This document shows, piece after piece, positions 1 through 9,144 of a DNA stretch of 45,583 nt. Source of the DNA: Oscillospiraceae bacterium (lineage in GTDB: Bacteria > Bacillota > Clostridia > Oscillospirales > CAG-272); the NCBI GenBank assembly GCA_015064795.1, contig SVRO01000001.1, forward strand, positions 1 to 45,583, given 5' to 3'. The number at the start of each line of letters is the position of its first letter. The first letter of the stretch is position 1. The notes beneath the pieces were generated by a model. It did not search any database. It was given only the letters and a program-made list of their open reading frames with translations, and had not been told where the DNA came from. The translations under genes and the position numbers were made by a program.

Positions 1-84
1 CTCCCTGTAAGAGGTCAGAGAACCAAGACGAACGCAAGAACCAGAAAGGGTCCTGCGAAGACCATCGCTAACAAGAAGAAATAA
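1..84 (+). CDS. rpsM: 30S ribosomal protein S13, 3' end (partial, start outside window)
   Basis: Frame 1 reads [27 protein letters not shown] then TAA (82-84), the conserved basic C-terminus of S13. It is followed by rpsK-rpsD-rpoA-rplQ, as in the alpha operon. Confidence 0.85.
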   Translation, partial: LPVRGQRTKTNARTRKGPAKTIANKKK

Positions 85-98
85 AGGAGGGACACAAA

Positions 99-497
99 AT
101 GGCAAAGGTTGCTGCTAAGAAGGTCATTAAGAAGCGCCGCGAACGCAAGAACATTGAAAAAGGTGCGGCACATATCAGCTCGACCTTCAACAATACAATT
201 ATCACCATTACGGATGCCGAGGGAAATGCAATTTCTTGGGCTTCTGCAGGTGAGCTGGGCTTTAAGGGTTCCAGAAAGTCCACTCCCTTCGCTGCACAGA
301 GCGCTGCAGAGACGGCAGGCAAGGCAGCTATGGAACACGGACTGAAAACAGTAGAAGTATTTGTAAAGGGACCCGGCTCCGGACGTGAATCCGCAATTCG
401 TGCGCTTGAGGCAGTAGGTCTTCAGATCACCATGATCAAGGACGTAACCCCCATCCCGCACAACGGTTGCAGACCGCCTAAGCGTAGACGTGTCTAA
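99..497 (+). CDS. rpsK: 30S ribosomal protein S11
   Basis: 132-aa ORF with typical S11 sequence ([18 protein letters not shown]...[14 protein letters not shown]...[16 protein letters not shown]). AAGGAGG Shine-Dalgarno upstream. Confidence 0.97.
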   Translation: MAKVAAKKVIKKRRERKNIEKGAAHISSTFNNTIITITDAEGNAISWASAGELGFKGSRKSTPFAAQSAAETAGKAAMEHGLKTVEVFVKGPGSGRESAIRALEAVGLQITMIKDVTPIPHNGCRPPKRRRV

Positions 498-518
498 TTT
501 GAAAAGGAGGAAACGGAT

Positions 519-1145
519 ATGGCAAGATATACAGGTCCTGCTTGCAAGCTCTGCCGCAGAGAAGGCGTAAAGCTTTACCTTAAGGGTGAGCGTTGCATGA
601 CGGGTAAGTGCGCAATCGAGCGCAGAAATACGGCTCCCGGTCAGCACGGTGCAGGCAACAAGAAGATGAGAGAGTACGGAAGACAGCTCCGTGAGAAGCA
701 GAAGGCAAAGAGATACTACGGTATCCTCGAGAAGCAGTTCCTCAACTACTTCAAAGAGGCAGACCGCAAGGAAGGTATCACGGGTGAAAACCTTCTTACC
801 CTGATTGAGAGACGTCTTGACAACGTCGTTTACAGAATGGGTATGGCAGAGAGCCATAAGGAAGCTCGTCAGCTTGTTCTTCATGAGCATTTTGAGCTGA
901 ACGGCAAGAAGGTAAACATTCCTTCGATCATCGTGAAGGCAGGCGACGTTCTCGCAGTAAGAGAGAACTTCCGCGATTCCGCAAAGTGCAAGGAGCTTGC
1001 TGAGGCACTTAAGGATAAGACCGCACCCAAGTGGCTTGAGGTCAACAAGGATGCTCTGAGCGCAAAGGTCGTAGCTCTTCCCGCAAGAGAGGACATCGAT
1101 TTCGAGATCGAGGAGCAGCTTATCGTCGAGCTTTATTCCAAGTAA
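519..1145 (+). CDS. rpsD: 30S ribosomal protein S4
   Basis: 208-aa ORF starting [26 protein letters not shown], with the S4 N-terminal and S4 RNA-binding domains. AGGAGG SD upstream. Confidence 0.97.
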   Translation: MARYTGPACKLCRREGVKLYLKGERCMTGKCAIERRNTAPGQHGAGNKKMREYGRQLREKQKAKRYYGILEKQFLNYFKEADRKEGITGENLLTLIERRLDNVVYRMGMAESHKEARQLVLHEHFELNGKKVNIPSIIVKAGDVLAVRENFRDSAKCKELAEALKDKTAPKWLEVNKDALSAKVVALPAREDIDFEIEEQLIVELYSK

Positions 1146-1258
1146 TGCCTGGGGCTTTTGCCGCGCGGTGTTATTTGGATGCCGCTTGACAGAGGCTATG
1201 TGAATCGGAAACCCAAGGCAGAATTGCCAACAAAAATTACGAGGAGGTATTATTTGGA

Positions 1259-2233
1259 ATGATTGAGATAGAGAAGCCTAATATTACGACCGTTAACCTT
1301 AGTGAAGACGGCAGGAGCGGTAAGTTTATCGTAGATCCTCTGGAGAGAGGCTACGGTATTACCCTTGGAAACTCGCTTCGCAGAATTCTTTTGAGCTCGC
1401 TTCCCGGTGTTGCAGTCAGCAGCATCAAGATCGACGGAGTGCTTCATGAATTTTCGACGGTTCCCGGTGTCAAGGAGGACGTGACTGAGATCGTTCTCAA
1501 CGTCAAGGGAATTACGGCGAAGCTTCATTGCAACACACCCAAGACGGTCGTTATTGATGTAACGGGTGAGCAGGAGGTTACTGCGGGGGACATCAAGCAG
1601 GACTCCGATATTGAGATTCTGAATCCCGAGCATCACATTGCTACGGTTGGCCCGAATGAGAGATTCTATATGGAGCTTACCTTCGAGCATGGCCGTGGAT
1701 ACGTGTCGCAGGAGCGCAACAAGCAGAATCATACGATATTGGTTGGTCAGACCACGTCGGCTCCCATCGGCACCATTTACACCGACTCCATTTATACACC
1801 TGTTTACAAGGTGAACTACTCGGTAGAGAATACCCGTGTGGGTAACATTACCGACTACGACAAGCTTACCCTTGAGGTTCTCACAAACGGAACGATTTCC
1901 GCAAAGGAAGCGATTTCGCTTGGCGCCAAGATTCTCAACGAGCATCTCAACTTGTTTGTGGATTTGTCCGATGAAGCAAAGAAGGCAGAGATCATGGTTG
2001 AAAGAGAAGCCGTGAAGAAAGAAAAGGTTCTTGAGATGACCATTGAGGAGCTTGACATGTCTGTTCGTAGCTTCAACTGCTTGAAGCGCGCAGGCATTGA
2101 TACCGTCGAAGATCTGACGAACCGTACCGAAGAGGATATGATCAAGGTAAGAAACCTCGGTAAGAAGTCGCTGGAAGAAGTTATTCAGAAGTTGCATTCT
2201 CTCGGCCTCGACTTGAAGAAGGAAGAGGAATAA
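1259..2233 (+). CDS. rpoA: DNA-directed RNA polymerase subunit alpha
   Basis: 324-aa ORF with RpoA N-terminal domain ([20 protein letters not shown]) and C-terminal domain ([19 protein letters not shown]). GAGGAGG SD at 1241-1247. Confidence 0.97.
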   Translation: MIEIEKPNITTVNLSEDGRSGKFIVDPLERGYGITLGNSLRRILLSSLPGVAVSSIKIDGVLHEFSTVPGVKEDVTEIVLNVKGITAKLHCNTPKTVVIDVTGEQEVTAGDIKQDSDIEILNPEHHIATVGPNERFYMELTFEHGRGYVSQERNKQNHTILVGQTTSAPIGTIYTDSIYTPVYKVNYSVENTRVGNITDYDKLTLEVLTNGTISAKEAISLGAKILNEHLNLFVDLSDEAKKAEIMVEREAVKKEKVLEMTIEELDMSVRSFNCLKRAGIDTVEDLTNRTEEDMIKVRNLGKKSLEEVIQKLHSLGLDLKKEEE

Positions 2234-2265
2234 GCAACAACATCACTTAGAAGGAGGGAACTACA

Positions 2266-2646
2266 ATGCCCGGAAATAGAAAACTCGGCAGAACGTCTGC
2301 TCACAGAAAATCTATGCTTCGCGGAATGGTAACCCTTTTGCTCGAGAACGGTCAGGTCGAGACCACGCTGACCAGAGCAAAGGAGATCCGTTCGGTAGCT
2401 GAAAAAATGATTACGCTTGGCAAGAAGAATACGCTTGCCACCCGCCGTGCTGCATTTGGATACATCACCAAGAGAGCGGTTGTTACCAAGCTCTTTGAGG
2501 AGATCGCACCCAAGTACGAGAACCGTAACGGTGGTTACACCCAGATCTTCAAGCTTGGTCCCCGTAGAGGTGACGCCGCTGAGATGGCGATCATTCGCCT
2601 TGTTGACGCGGATGCAAAGCCTGCACAGGATAAGGCTGAGGCGTAA
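2266..2646 (+). CDS. rplQ: 50S ribosomal protein L17
   Basis: 126-aa ORF starting [22 protein letters not shown], ending [24 protein letters not shown], typical of L17. Confidence 0.97.
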   Translation: MPGNRKLGRTSAHRKSMLRGMVTLLLENGQVETTLTRAKEIRSVAEKMITLGKKNTLATRRAAFGYITKRAVVTKLFEEIAPKYENRNGGYTQIFKLGPRRGDAAEMAIIRLVDADAKPAQDKAEA

Positions 2647-2653
2647 ATACGAA

Positions 2654-2695
2654 AAGAAGCTTCGGGAAGAAATTCTCGGAGCTTCTTTGTTTGTG
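2654..2695 (+). terminator. intrinsic terminator of the alpha operon
   Basis: AAGAAGCTTCGGGA (2654-2667) pairs with TCTCGGAGCTTCTT (2674-2687), including two G-U pairs. It is followed by TTTGTTTGT. Confidence 0.7.
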
Positions 2696-2724
2696 AACAA
2701 AATGTAAACAATGGAGAATTGCCC

Positions 2725-2754
2725 TTGACCAAACGCGTGTGGCGGGTGTATAAT
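2725..2754 (+). promoter_or_regulatory. SigA-type promoter for the pheA leader
   Basis: TTGACC (2725-2730), 18-nt spacer, TATAAT (2749-2754). Confidence 0.6.
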
Positions 2755-2787
2755 AAGGCCGTATTATTTTATGGAGGAGTGGAAGTC

Positions 2788-2964
2788 ATGAGAAACGCTT
2801 TGTGTCAATCGAATATGTCTTCTGCTGTCTCTGCCCGTACTGCGTGTACGGCTTCTTCTGCATCCTTTTTGGCAGTACGCTTTTTTGCGTACTGCTTTTT
2901 TTACTATTTTTATTATTTTAAGGCAACCGAATATCAGAAAAGGATACGTGCTTTCGTAGCATAA
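2788..2964 (+). CDS. candidate Phe/Tyr-rich leader peptide (58 codons) of the aromatic amino-acid operon
   Basis: GGAGGAG SD (2773-2779) lies 8 nt before ATG 2788. Codons 32-44 read FFAYCFFYYFYYF (2881-2919). The stop at 2962-2964 lies just before a terminator and pheA. Confidence 0.5.
   Translation: MRNALCQSNMSSAVSARTACTASSASFLAVRFFAYCFFYYFYYFKATEYQKRIRAFVA
2872..2902 (+). terminator. intrinsic-terminator-like hairpin T1 inside the leader ORF
   Basis: GCAGTACGC (2872-2880), TTTTTT loop, GCGTACTGC (2887-2895): a perfect 9-bp stem followed by TTTTTTT (2896-2902). Confidence 0.55.
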
Positions 2965-2978
2965 TGAAATTTGATGCC

Positions 2979-3016
2979 AAAAGCGGTTTCCTTTTCGGAA
3001 ATCGCTTTTATTTTTT
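2979..3016 (+). terminator. intrinsic terminator T2 (attenuator) immediately upstream of pheA
   Basis: GCGGTTTCC (2983-2991) pairs with GGAAATCGC (2997-3005), one G-U pair. The stem is extended by 4 A-T pairs and followed by TTTTATTTTTT. It ends 19 nt before the pheA ATG. Confidence 0.7.
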
Positions 3017-3034
3017 AAATAGAGGTATAAGAGT

Positions 3035-4120
3035 ATGAATCAGCTTGAGGAAAAAAGAAAAGAGATAAGTGCGATCGACGGCGAGATGGCAAGGCTTTTC
3101 GAGCGTCGTATGAAGGCTTGCGAAAGAGTGGCTGCATACAAGAGGGAACACGCTCTGCCCGTGTTGGATGCCGATCGCGAGGCGCAGGTGATCGCGCGCG
3201 GAGTGGAGAACATTGAGGATCCCACCCTGCGTGAGTATTATGTTAGTTTTATGAATGACGTGATGCGGACGTCGCGCGCGTATCAGACGCGTTTGCTGGA
3301 GGGAATGCGCGTGGCATACAGCGGCGTAGAGGGCGCATTTGGTCATATTGCGGCCAAAAAAGCCTTCCCCTTTGCCAAGGTTGAAGCTTGCCCCGATTTT
3401 GCCACGGCGTATCACGGCGTGGAGGAGGGCGTTTACGACTGCGCGGTGCTTCCCATCGAAAATAGCTATGCGGGTGATGTGGGGGCGGTTATGGATCTGA
3501 TGTTCTCGGGTAGCCTTTATGTCAATCAGGTCGTCGAGGTCGAGGTCAACCACAATCTTCTCGTGAAGAAAGGGGTGTCTCTCGATCAGATTAAGTGCGT
3601 GGTGAGTCATGCGCAGGCACTTGAGCAGTGTGCAGATTATATTCGTGCAAACGGCTGGGAAACGCTTTCCTATTCCAATACTGCGATGGCGGCCAAATAC
3701 GTGGCGGAGCAGGAGGATGAGTCGATCGCAGCGATCGCCTCGGAGGAGACGGCTGAGGTTTTCGGGCTTGAGGTTTTGATGCGTAACATTCATACCGCGC
3801 GCAACAACACCACGCGGTTCGCCGTGCTTTCGCGCACACAAAATTTGCCCGCGTCGACCGATCGCACGGGACGCGAGCATTTCATGCTGATGTTTACCAC
3901 CAAAAACGAGGCGGGCGCACTGGTACAGCCCCTCAACATTTTGGGCGCGCATAATTTTAACATGAGAAATCTTAGAAGCCGTCCGATGAAGGAGCTGATC
4001 TGGAATTATTACTTCTTCGTGGAGGCCGAGGGCAATATCAGCACGCAAAACGGTCAGGACATGCTTCGTGAGCTGTCGGCGGTCTGCGCGCAGATCAAGC
4101 TGGTTGGAACATACCGTTAA
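3035..4120 (+). CDS. pheA: bifunctional chorismate mutase / prephenate dehydratase (P-protein)
   Basis: 361 aa. N-terminal AroQ-type chorismate mutase helix pattern (ISAIDGEMARLFERRMKACERVAAYK). Then a prephenate dehydratase domain (VAYSGVEGAFGHIAA...NNTTRFAVLS) and a C-terminal ACT-like region. Confidence 0.92.
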   Translation: MNQLEEKRKEISAIDGEMARLFERRMKACERVAAYKREHALPVLDADREAQVIARGVENIEDPTLREYYVSFMNDVMRTSRAYQTRLLEGMRVAYSGVEGAFGHIAAKKAFPFAKVEACPDFATAYHGVEEGVYDCAVLPIENSYAGDVGAVMDLMFSGSLYVNQVVEVEVNHNLLVKKGVSLDQIKCVVSHAQALEQCADYIRANGWETLSYSNTAMAAKYVAEQEDESIAAIASEETAEVFGLEVLMRNIHTARNNTTRFAVLSRTQNLPASTDRTGREHFMLMFTTKNEAGALVQPLNILGAHNFNMRNLRSRPMKELIWNYYFFVEAEGNISTQNGQDMLRELSAVCAQIKLVGTYR

Positions 4121-4140
4121 TACCATTTTTGGAGGCAGTT

Positions 4141-5148
4141 ATGAAACTTCCCGTAAAGCATAGCGGTGGAAGCTATGATATTATTTTGGAACGAGGCGCT
4201 CTTGGACATATCGGAGATTATTTGCCGAAAACGGGCAAGGCACTCGTTGTAACCGATGACGGCGTGCCGACAGCCTATGCGCGAGCGGTGGCCGATGCCT
4301 TGCCGCAAGCAAGCATCGTGACGCTGAAGCAAGGCGAAGCAACGAAAAATCTGGATTGCTTTCGCTTCCTTCTCTCGCAAATGCTTGCGCTGGATTTTCA
4401 TCGCACCGATGCCGTAATTGCGGTGGGCGGCGGCGTGATCGGAGATCTTGCGGGTTTTGCCGCCTCGGCCTATATGCGCGGTATTGCGTTTTATAACATT
4501 CCCACTACGCTTCTTTCGCAGGTCGATTCGTCGATCGGCGGCAAGGTGGCCGTAGATATGGATGGCGTGAAAAACGTAGTGGGAGCCTTTTATCAGCCCA
4601 AACGCGTGATCATTGATCCCGATGTGCTTTCCACGCTTGAGAGAAGACAGTGCTTGGCGGGGCTTTCCGAGGCCATTAAGATGGCGGCAACAAGTGATGC
4701 GGTGCTTTTTGAGAGGATCGAGAAGGGTGACGCGCTTGGCGCGGATCTTGATGCCGTGATCGAGGGGGCGCTTCGTATCAAGCGCGACGTGGTGGAGCGC
4801 GATACCGAGGAGAAAAACCTTCGAAAAGTGCTCAATTTCGGCCATACGGTCGGTCATGCGATCGAAAGCGAGAAGAACGGCGCGTGGCTTCACGGCGAAT
4901 GTGTAGCCGTGGGTATGCTGCCCATGTGCGCGCCCAAGGTGAGAGCGCGGATCACCGCCGTTCTTGCGGCGTACGGATTACCCACTGAGGTTTCGTGTGA
5001 CCGATGGGCACTTTCCGCGCTCATCAAGCACGACAAAAAGGCATCGGGCAACGGCGTGACCGTGGTGTACGTAGAGGAGATCGGAAGCTTTGAATTCCGA
5101 ACGCTCGATATTGAGGAAATTGAGAAATATATGGAGGCAGGACTTTGA
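4141..5148 (+). CDS. aroB: 3-dehydroquinate synthase
   Basis: AroB-like sequence (GGGVIGDLAGFAASAYMRGIAFYNIPTTLLSQVDSSIGGKVAVD; NFGHTVGHAIE). I prefer ATG 4141 with GGAGG at 4131-4135 over the TTG 4129 start in the ORF track. Confidence 0.92.
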   Translation: MKLPVKHSGGSYDIILERGALGHIGDYLPKTGKALVVTDDGVPTAYARAVADALPQASIVTLKQGEATKNLDCFRFLLSQMLALDFHRTDAVIAVGGGVIGDLAGFAASAYMRGIAFYNIPTTLLSQVDSSIGGKVAVDMDGVKNVVGAFYQPKRVIIDPDVLSTLERRQCLAGLSEAIKMAATSDAVLFERIEKGDALGADLDAVIEGALRIKRDVVERDTEEKNLRKVLNFGHTVGHAIESEKNGAWLHGECVAVGMLPMCAPKVRARITAVLAAYGLPTEVSCDRWALSALIKHDKKASGNGVTVVYVEEIGSFEFRTLDIEEIEKYMEAGL

Positions 5149-6251
5149 AAAATACTTTTGGAAACAGTATAACGCTTACACTGTTCGGCGAAAGTCACGG
5201 AGAGGCGATCGGTGCGGTGCTTGACGGACTTCCCGCAGGCATCGAGGTCGACGAAGGTGTAATTTCTGCGCTCCTTGCAAAACGCCGTCCTGCCTCGGCC
5301 GTGGATACGGCAAGGCGGGAAAAGGACGAATTTTGCATCGTGAGCGGTGTGTTTGATGGCAAAACGACGGGAACGCCACTCTGTATCCTCATTCCGAACG
5401 AGGACAAGCACAGTGCGGATTACGCCAGCCTTTACGGCAAAGCAAGACCGTCGCACGCCGACTACGCGGCCTTTTGCAAATATCACGGCTTTGAGGACTT
5501 TCGCGGTGGCGGACATTTCTCAGGACGGATCACGGCGGCACTTGTGGCGGCGGGCGGTATTCTTTTGCCGATGCTGGAGCGTCTTGGTATTACGGTCGGG
5601 ACACACATTAAAAGCTGCGCCGACGTTTCGGATCGCGATTTTGACGACGCCAAGGCCGATATTGCTCACTTAAAAGCGGCGGCGTTCCCCGTGCTTGACC
5701 AAGAACGCGGGAAAGAGATGACGGCCGAGATCCTTCGCGCGAAGGACGAGCTTGACAGTGTGGGCGGCGTGGCTGAAACGGCCGTTCTTGGTATGCCGGC
5801 TGGCGTTGGTGAGCCGTGGTTTGATAGCGTAGAGGGGCTTCTTTCGCACGCGCTTTTCTCCTTGGGTGGCGTAAAGGGCGTGGAATTTGGAGACGGCTTT
5901 TCGATGGCGAAAAGTCGCGGAAGCCTTTGCAACGACACCTTTTTGATGAAGAATGGCGAAATTGTGACCGCGACCAACCATAACGGCGGACTGAACGGCG
6001 GTATCACCAACGGAATGCCCTTGGTATTTCGGTGTGCGGTAAAGCCAACCCCCTCGATTGCGCGTGAGCAGGACACGGTGGACTTTTTGCACCAGGAAAA
6101 TGTAAAGCTTGCGATCAAGGGGCGTCACGATCCCGCGATCATTCGCCGCATCTGCCCCGTCATCGACTGCGTAACGGCTCTGGTGCTTTGCGATCTGCTG
6201 GCCGTTCGCTACGGAACCGATATTTTTGGAAAAGGAAAGGAAGCACTTTGA
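5145..6251 (+). CDS. aroC: chorismate synthase
   Basis: 368 aa starting FGNSITLTLFGESHGEAIGAVLDGLPAG, with RPSHADY and GRHDPAI motifs. TTG start overlaps the aroB stop (TTGA), with GGAGG at 5133-5137. Confidence 0.95.
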   Translation: MKNTFGNSITLTLFGESHGEAIGAVLDGLPAGIEVDEGVISALLAKRRPASAVDTARREKDEFCIVSGVFDGKTTGTPLCILIPNEDKHSADYASLYGKARPSHADYAAFCKYHGFEDFRGGGHFSGRITAALVAAGGILLPMLERLGITVGTHIKSCADVSDRDFDDAKADIAHLKAAAFPVLDQERGKEMTAEILRAKDELDSVGGVAETAVLGMPAGVGEPWFDSVEGLLSHALFSLGGVKGVEFGDGFSMAKSRGSLCNDTFLMKNGEIVTATNHNGGLNGGITNGMPLVFRCAVKPTPSIAREQDTVDFLHQENVKLAIKGRHDPAIIRRICPVIDCVTALVLCDLLAVRYGTDIFGKGKEAL

Positions 6252-6269
6252 GAAAAGTGCCGAGAAAAT

Positions 6270-6707
6270 ATGAAGCTTTTGGTGATCAACGGGCCGAATT
6301 TGAATATGCTCGGTATTCGTGAGCCCGATATTTACGGAAAAGACACCTACGCCGACCTGATTGCTCGGATCGAAAATTACGCGCAGACGCTCGGTGTCAC
6401 GGTGGAGTGCTATCAGTCCAATCACGAGGGCGCGATCGTGGATAAAATTCAAGAGGCGTATTTTACAGGGGTGGACGGTATCGTTCTCAACCCTGCGGCC
6501 TATACGCACACGAGCGTGGCGATTGCTGATGCACTTAAGGCGGTAAGCATTCCTTTCGTTGAGGTTCACATTTCGGATGTGGACAAGCGAGAGGGATTTC
6601 GACAGGTCAGCTATGTTCGGGAGATTGCGCAGAGGACGATAAGCGGCAAGGGTTTTGCGGGTTATCTTGAGGCCATGGAGCTTTTGGTGGCAGAGCATGA
6701 GAGTTGA
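6270..6707 (+). CDS. aroQ: type II 3-dehydroquinate dehydratase
   Basis: 145 aa starting MKLLVINGPNLNMLGIREPDIYG, with SNHEGAIVDKIQ and NPAAYTHTSVA motifs. Confidence 0.95.
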   Translation: MKLLVINGPNLNMLGIREPDIYGKDTYADLIARIENYAQTLGVTVECYQSNHEGAIVDKIQEAYFTGVDGIVLNPAAYTHTSVAIADALKAVSIPFVEVHISDVDKREGFRQVSYVREIAQRTISGKGFAGYLEAMELLVAEHES

Positions 6708-7902
6708 GATCGAAAAGGGAACGGCACATGGTCGCGTACGCATTCCGCCCTCCAAAAGTGCCGCGCACCGACTGCTTTTGGGGGCAGCGTTAGCCAAGGG
6801 AAGAAGCCTTCTTCACGGTATGGCCTTCAGCGAGGATATTTTAGCTACGATCGATTGTATTTGCGCACTTGGCGCGAAGGTTTTGATTGACGGTGACACG
6901 GTGACGGTGGAGGGAATCGGCGGAAAACGCATCGAGCGCGAGGGGCTTCCTCTTTTGCCCTGCCGCGAGAGCGGAAGCACGCTTCGGTTTCTGATTCCCC
7001 TTGCCATGCTTTCGGGCGGAGGCGTTTTTGGTGGTACCGAGCGTCTCGTGGCGCGCGGTGTGGGAATTTATGAGAATTTATTTGATTTTGCCGATTTTAC
7101 AAAGGAAAAGAATCAAATTACCGTGCGCGGTAGTCTCAAGGCAGGCTATTATCGCGTGTCGGGCGACGTGAGCAGTCAGTTTATTACAGGACTTTTGCTG
7201 GCGCTTCCCATGCTTGACGAAGATAGCATGGTGGAGATTTTGCCCCCCTTTGAGAGCCGCGGCTACGTGGATTTGACCGTGGCAATTCTCCAACGCTTCG
7301 GCGTGGAGATCGAAAAAAAAGGAGAATTTTGCTTTTTTGTGCGCGGCGAAGTCGGTTATTCGCCCGTGGAAGCCGAGGTGGAGGGCGATTGGTCGCAGGC
7401 GGCCTTCTTTTACGGGTTAAATGTCCTCGGCGGTGAGGTCGAAGTGGACGGTCTTGATGCCGAAAGCGTACAGGGTGACCGTGTTTGCTTGGAAATCTAC
7501 GAAAAAATGAGACGCGGCAACCTTTCGGCCGATCTTTCGGACTGTCCCGATCTTGCCCCCGTTCTGTTTGCGACGGCGTGCATGGGAAAGGGCGCGCGCT
7601 TTACGGGTACGCGGCGGCTTTCCATTAAGGAAAGCGATCGTGCGCGCGTGATGGCTGAGGAGCTGCGGAAGTTTGGTGCCGAGATCACGGTAAGAGAAAA
7701 CGAGGTGGAGGTTGCACCTGCGGAGCTTCACATGCCACGGGAGATTCTTTCGGGGCATAACGATCACCGCGTGGTGATGGCACTTTCGGTGCTTGCGACG
7801 CGATTTGGCGCCGTGATCGACGGGGCCGAGGCGATTGCCAAGAGTTATCCTTCGTTTTTTGCGGATATGAGAAATTTGGGACTTAAGATACGGGAATTAT
7901 GA
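6697..7902 (+). CDS. aroA: 3-phosphoshikimate 1-carboxyvinyltransferase (EPSP synthase)
   Basis: ATG 6697 gives MRVEIEKGTAHGRVRIPPSKSAAHRLLLGAAL, a typical EPSPS N-terminus. The LPCRESGSTLRFL and SIKESDR motifs are present. It overlaps the aroQ end by 11 nt. The ORF-track start at 6655 is probably too far upstream. Confidence 0.92.
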   Translation: MRVEIEKGTAHGRVRIPPSKSAAHRLLLGAALAKGRSLLHGMAFSEDILATIDCICALGAKVLIDGDTVTVEGIGGKRIEREGLPLLPCRESGSTLRFLIPLAMLSGGGVFGGTERLVARGVGIYENLFDFADFTKEKNQITVRGSLKAGYYRVSGDVSSQFITGLLLALPMLDEDSMVEILPPFESRGYVDLTVAILQRFGVEIEKKGEFCFFVRGEVGYSPVEAEVEGDWSQAAFFYGLNVLGGEVEVDGLDAESVQGDRVCLEIYEKMRRGNLSADLSDCPDLAPVLFATACMGKGARFTGTRRLSIKESDRARVMAEELRKFGAEITVRENEVEVAPAELHMPREILSGHNDHRVVMALSVLATRFGAVIDGAEAIAKSYPSFFADMRNLGLKIREL

Positions 7903-8756
7903 TGGAATTGAAAAATAAGAAAATTTTGGTCGTGGGGCTCGGACTTATTGGCGGAAGCTACGCCGCGGCACTCTCCGCCGCGGGCTATGAGGTGGGCGGC
8001 ATTGACTGCTTGCAGGAAAGCGTGGATTATGCGCTGTCCGAGGGCTTTATTGCCAAGGGACAGAGCAAGGTGACTGCGGACTACGTCGGTGACTTTGATG
8101 TGATCGTTTTCGCGCTCTATCCGCACGTTTTGTTCGATTGGGTTGAGTGTTACGGAGGCTTTATCAAACAAGGCGCGCTTGTGACCGACGTAACAGGCGT
8201 GAAGGGTGAGGTCGTTTACCGTATGCAAAAGCTCCTCGGCGAGAGAGCCGAATTCGTGGGGGCACATCCCATGGCAGGACGCGAGGTTTACGGCATAAAA
8301 AATGCGAGTGCCACGCTCTTTTGCGGGGCAAACTATATCGTAACGCCAACCGAGAAGAATACCGAGGGGGGAATTGTACTTTGTGAAGCACTTGGCCGCG
8401 CGCTCGGTGCGCGCCGTGTGAGCCGTCTTTCGCCCGAGGAGCATGACGAAATGATCGGCTTCCTTTCTCAGCTTACGCACTGCATTGCCGTGTCGCTGAT
8501 GACCTGTAAGGAGTCGCATCAGCTCGTGGACTATACGGGCGACTCCTTCCGCGATCTGACGCGCATTGCCAAGATCAATGAGAATATGTGGAGCGAGCTT
8601 TTCCTCATGAATAAGGCCGAGCTTCTCTCGCAGATGGATCTGTTTTTGGAGCACTTTACGGCTTTGAAGGATGCGCTGGAAAAGGAAGATGCCGAAACTA
8701 TGAAGCAAATGATGCGCCTCTCAACCGAGCGCAGAAGCTATTTTGATAAAAAATAA
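7899..8756 (+). CDS. tyrA: prephenate dehydrogenase
   Basis: 285 aa with Rossmann motif ILVVGLGLIGGSYAAAL and the GAHPMAG motif. Its ATG overlaps the aroA stop (ATGA). Confidence 0.9.
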   Translation: MMELKNKKILVVGLGLIGGSYAAALSAAGYEVGGIDCLQESVDYALSEGFIAKGQSKVTADYVGDFDVIVFALYPHVLFDWVECYGGFIKQGALVTDVTGVKGEVVYRMQKLLGERAEFVGAHPMAGREVYGIKNASATLFCGANYIVTPTEKNTEGGIVLCEALGRALGARRVSRLSPEEHDEMIGFLSQLTHCIAVSLMTCKESHQLVDYTGDSFRDLTRIAKINENMWSELFLMNKAELLSQMDLFLEHFTALKDALEKEDAETMKQMMRLSTERRSYFDKK

Positions 8757-8800
8757 AACAAATTGATTTTTTGATAAATTGATGTTTATCGGTGGGAACG

Positions 8801-9144
8801 CTTAGGGAACTTTTTGAAAAAAGTTCCCTAAGAACCCTCAAAAACTTTTCCTGCGGGCAAAATGGGTGTTGCCGATCTGTAAAACGAACGAATGAGAAAA
8901 AACGAACGTAAGAGACGCTGTTCAAGTCATTTTGAGGCCGTCCGGGGAGACGGCCGAGGGCGCGCAAATGCTACATCGCCGAAAAGAAAGCGAGCTTTCT
9001 TTGTCGGCGTGTAAGCTTTGCGCTGACGGACAACCGCTTCGCGGTTGTCCGTCCCAAAATGACGTAAAGCTCTTGCAAACCAATTCGGCGAAAGTTTCGG
9101 TCAAGCCTTTTCAAAGGCTTGTGGGGTGTGGGGCAACGCCCCAC
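8801..9144. repeat. cluster of six GC-rich palindromic (REP/MITE-like) hairpins in the tyrA - DAHP synthase spacer
   Basis: Inverted repeats at 8801-8832 (15-nt arms), 8936-8955, 8977-9009, 9025-9053 (13-bp perfect stem), 9103-9120 and 9128-9144. Confidence 0.6.

Noticed and set aside
2719-2787. Upstream extension of the leader ORF to the ORF-track start at 2719 (81 aa)
   Set aside because: That start lies upstream of and across the predicted promoter (2725-2754) and has no SD. ATG 2788 with GGAGGAG is the credible start.
2771-2791. 6-codon uORF MEEWKS (contains a Trp codon) whose TGA overlaps the leader-ORF ATG
   Set aside because: It is tempting as a third aromatic sensor. But it has no SD, it starts only about 10 nt from the predicted transcription start, and it has a single Trp codon. 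Its ATG-GAG-GAG is more simply the SD of the 58-codon ORF.
1250-8708. Long minus-strand ORFs opposite rpoA, pheA, aroB, aroC/aroQ and tyrA (for example 1250-2197, 3008-4126, 4117-4893, 5670-6797, 7845-8708), and 21396-22862 opposite hppA
   Set aside because: These are antisense shadows of confidently identified genes, with no translation signals and implausible sequences.
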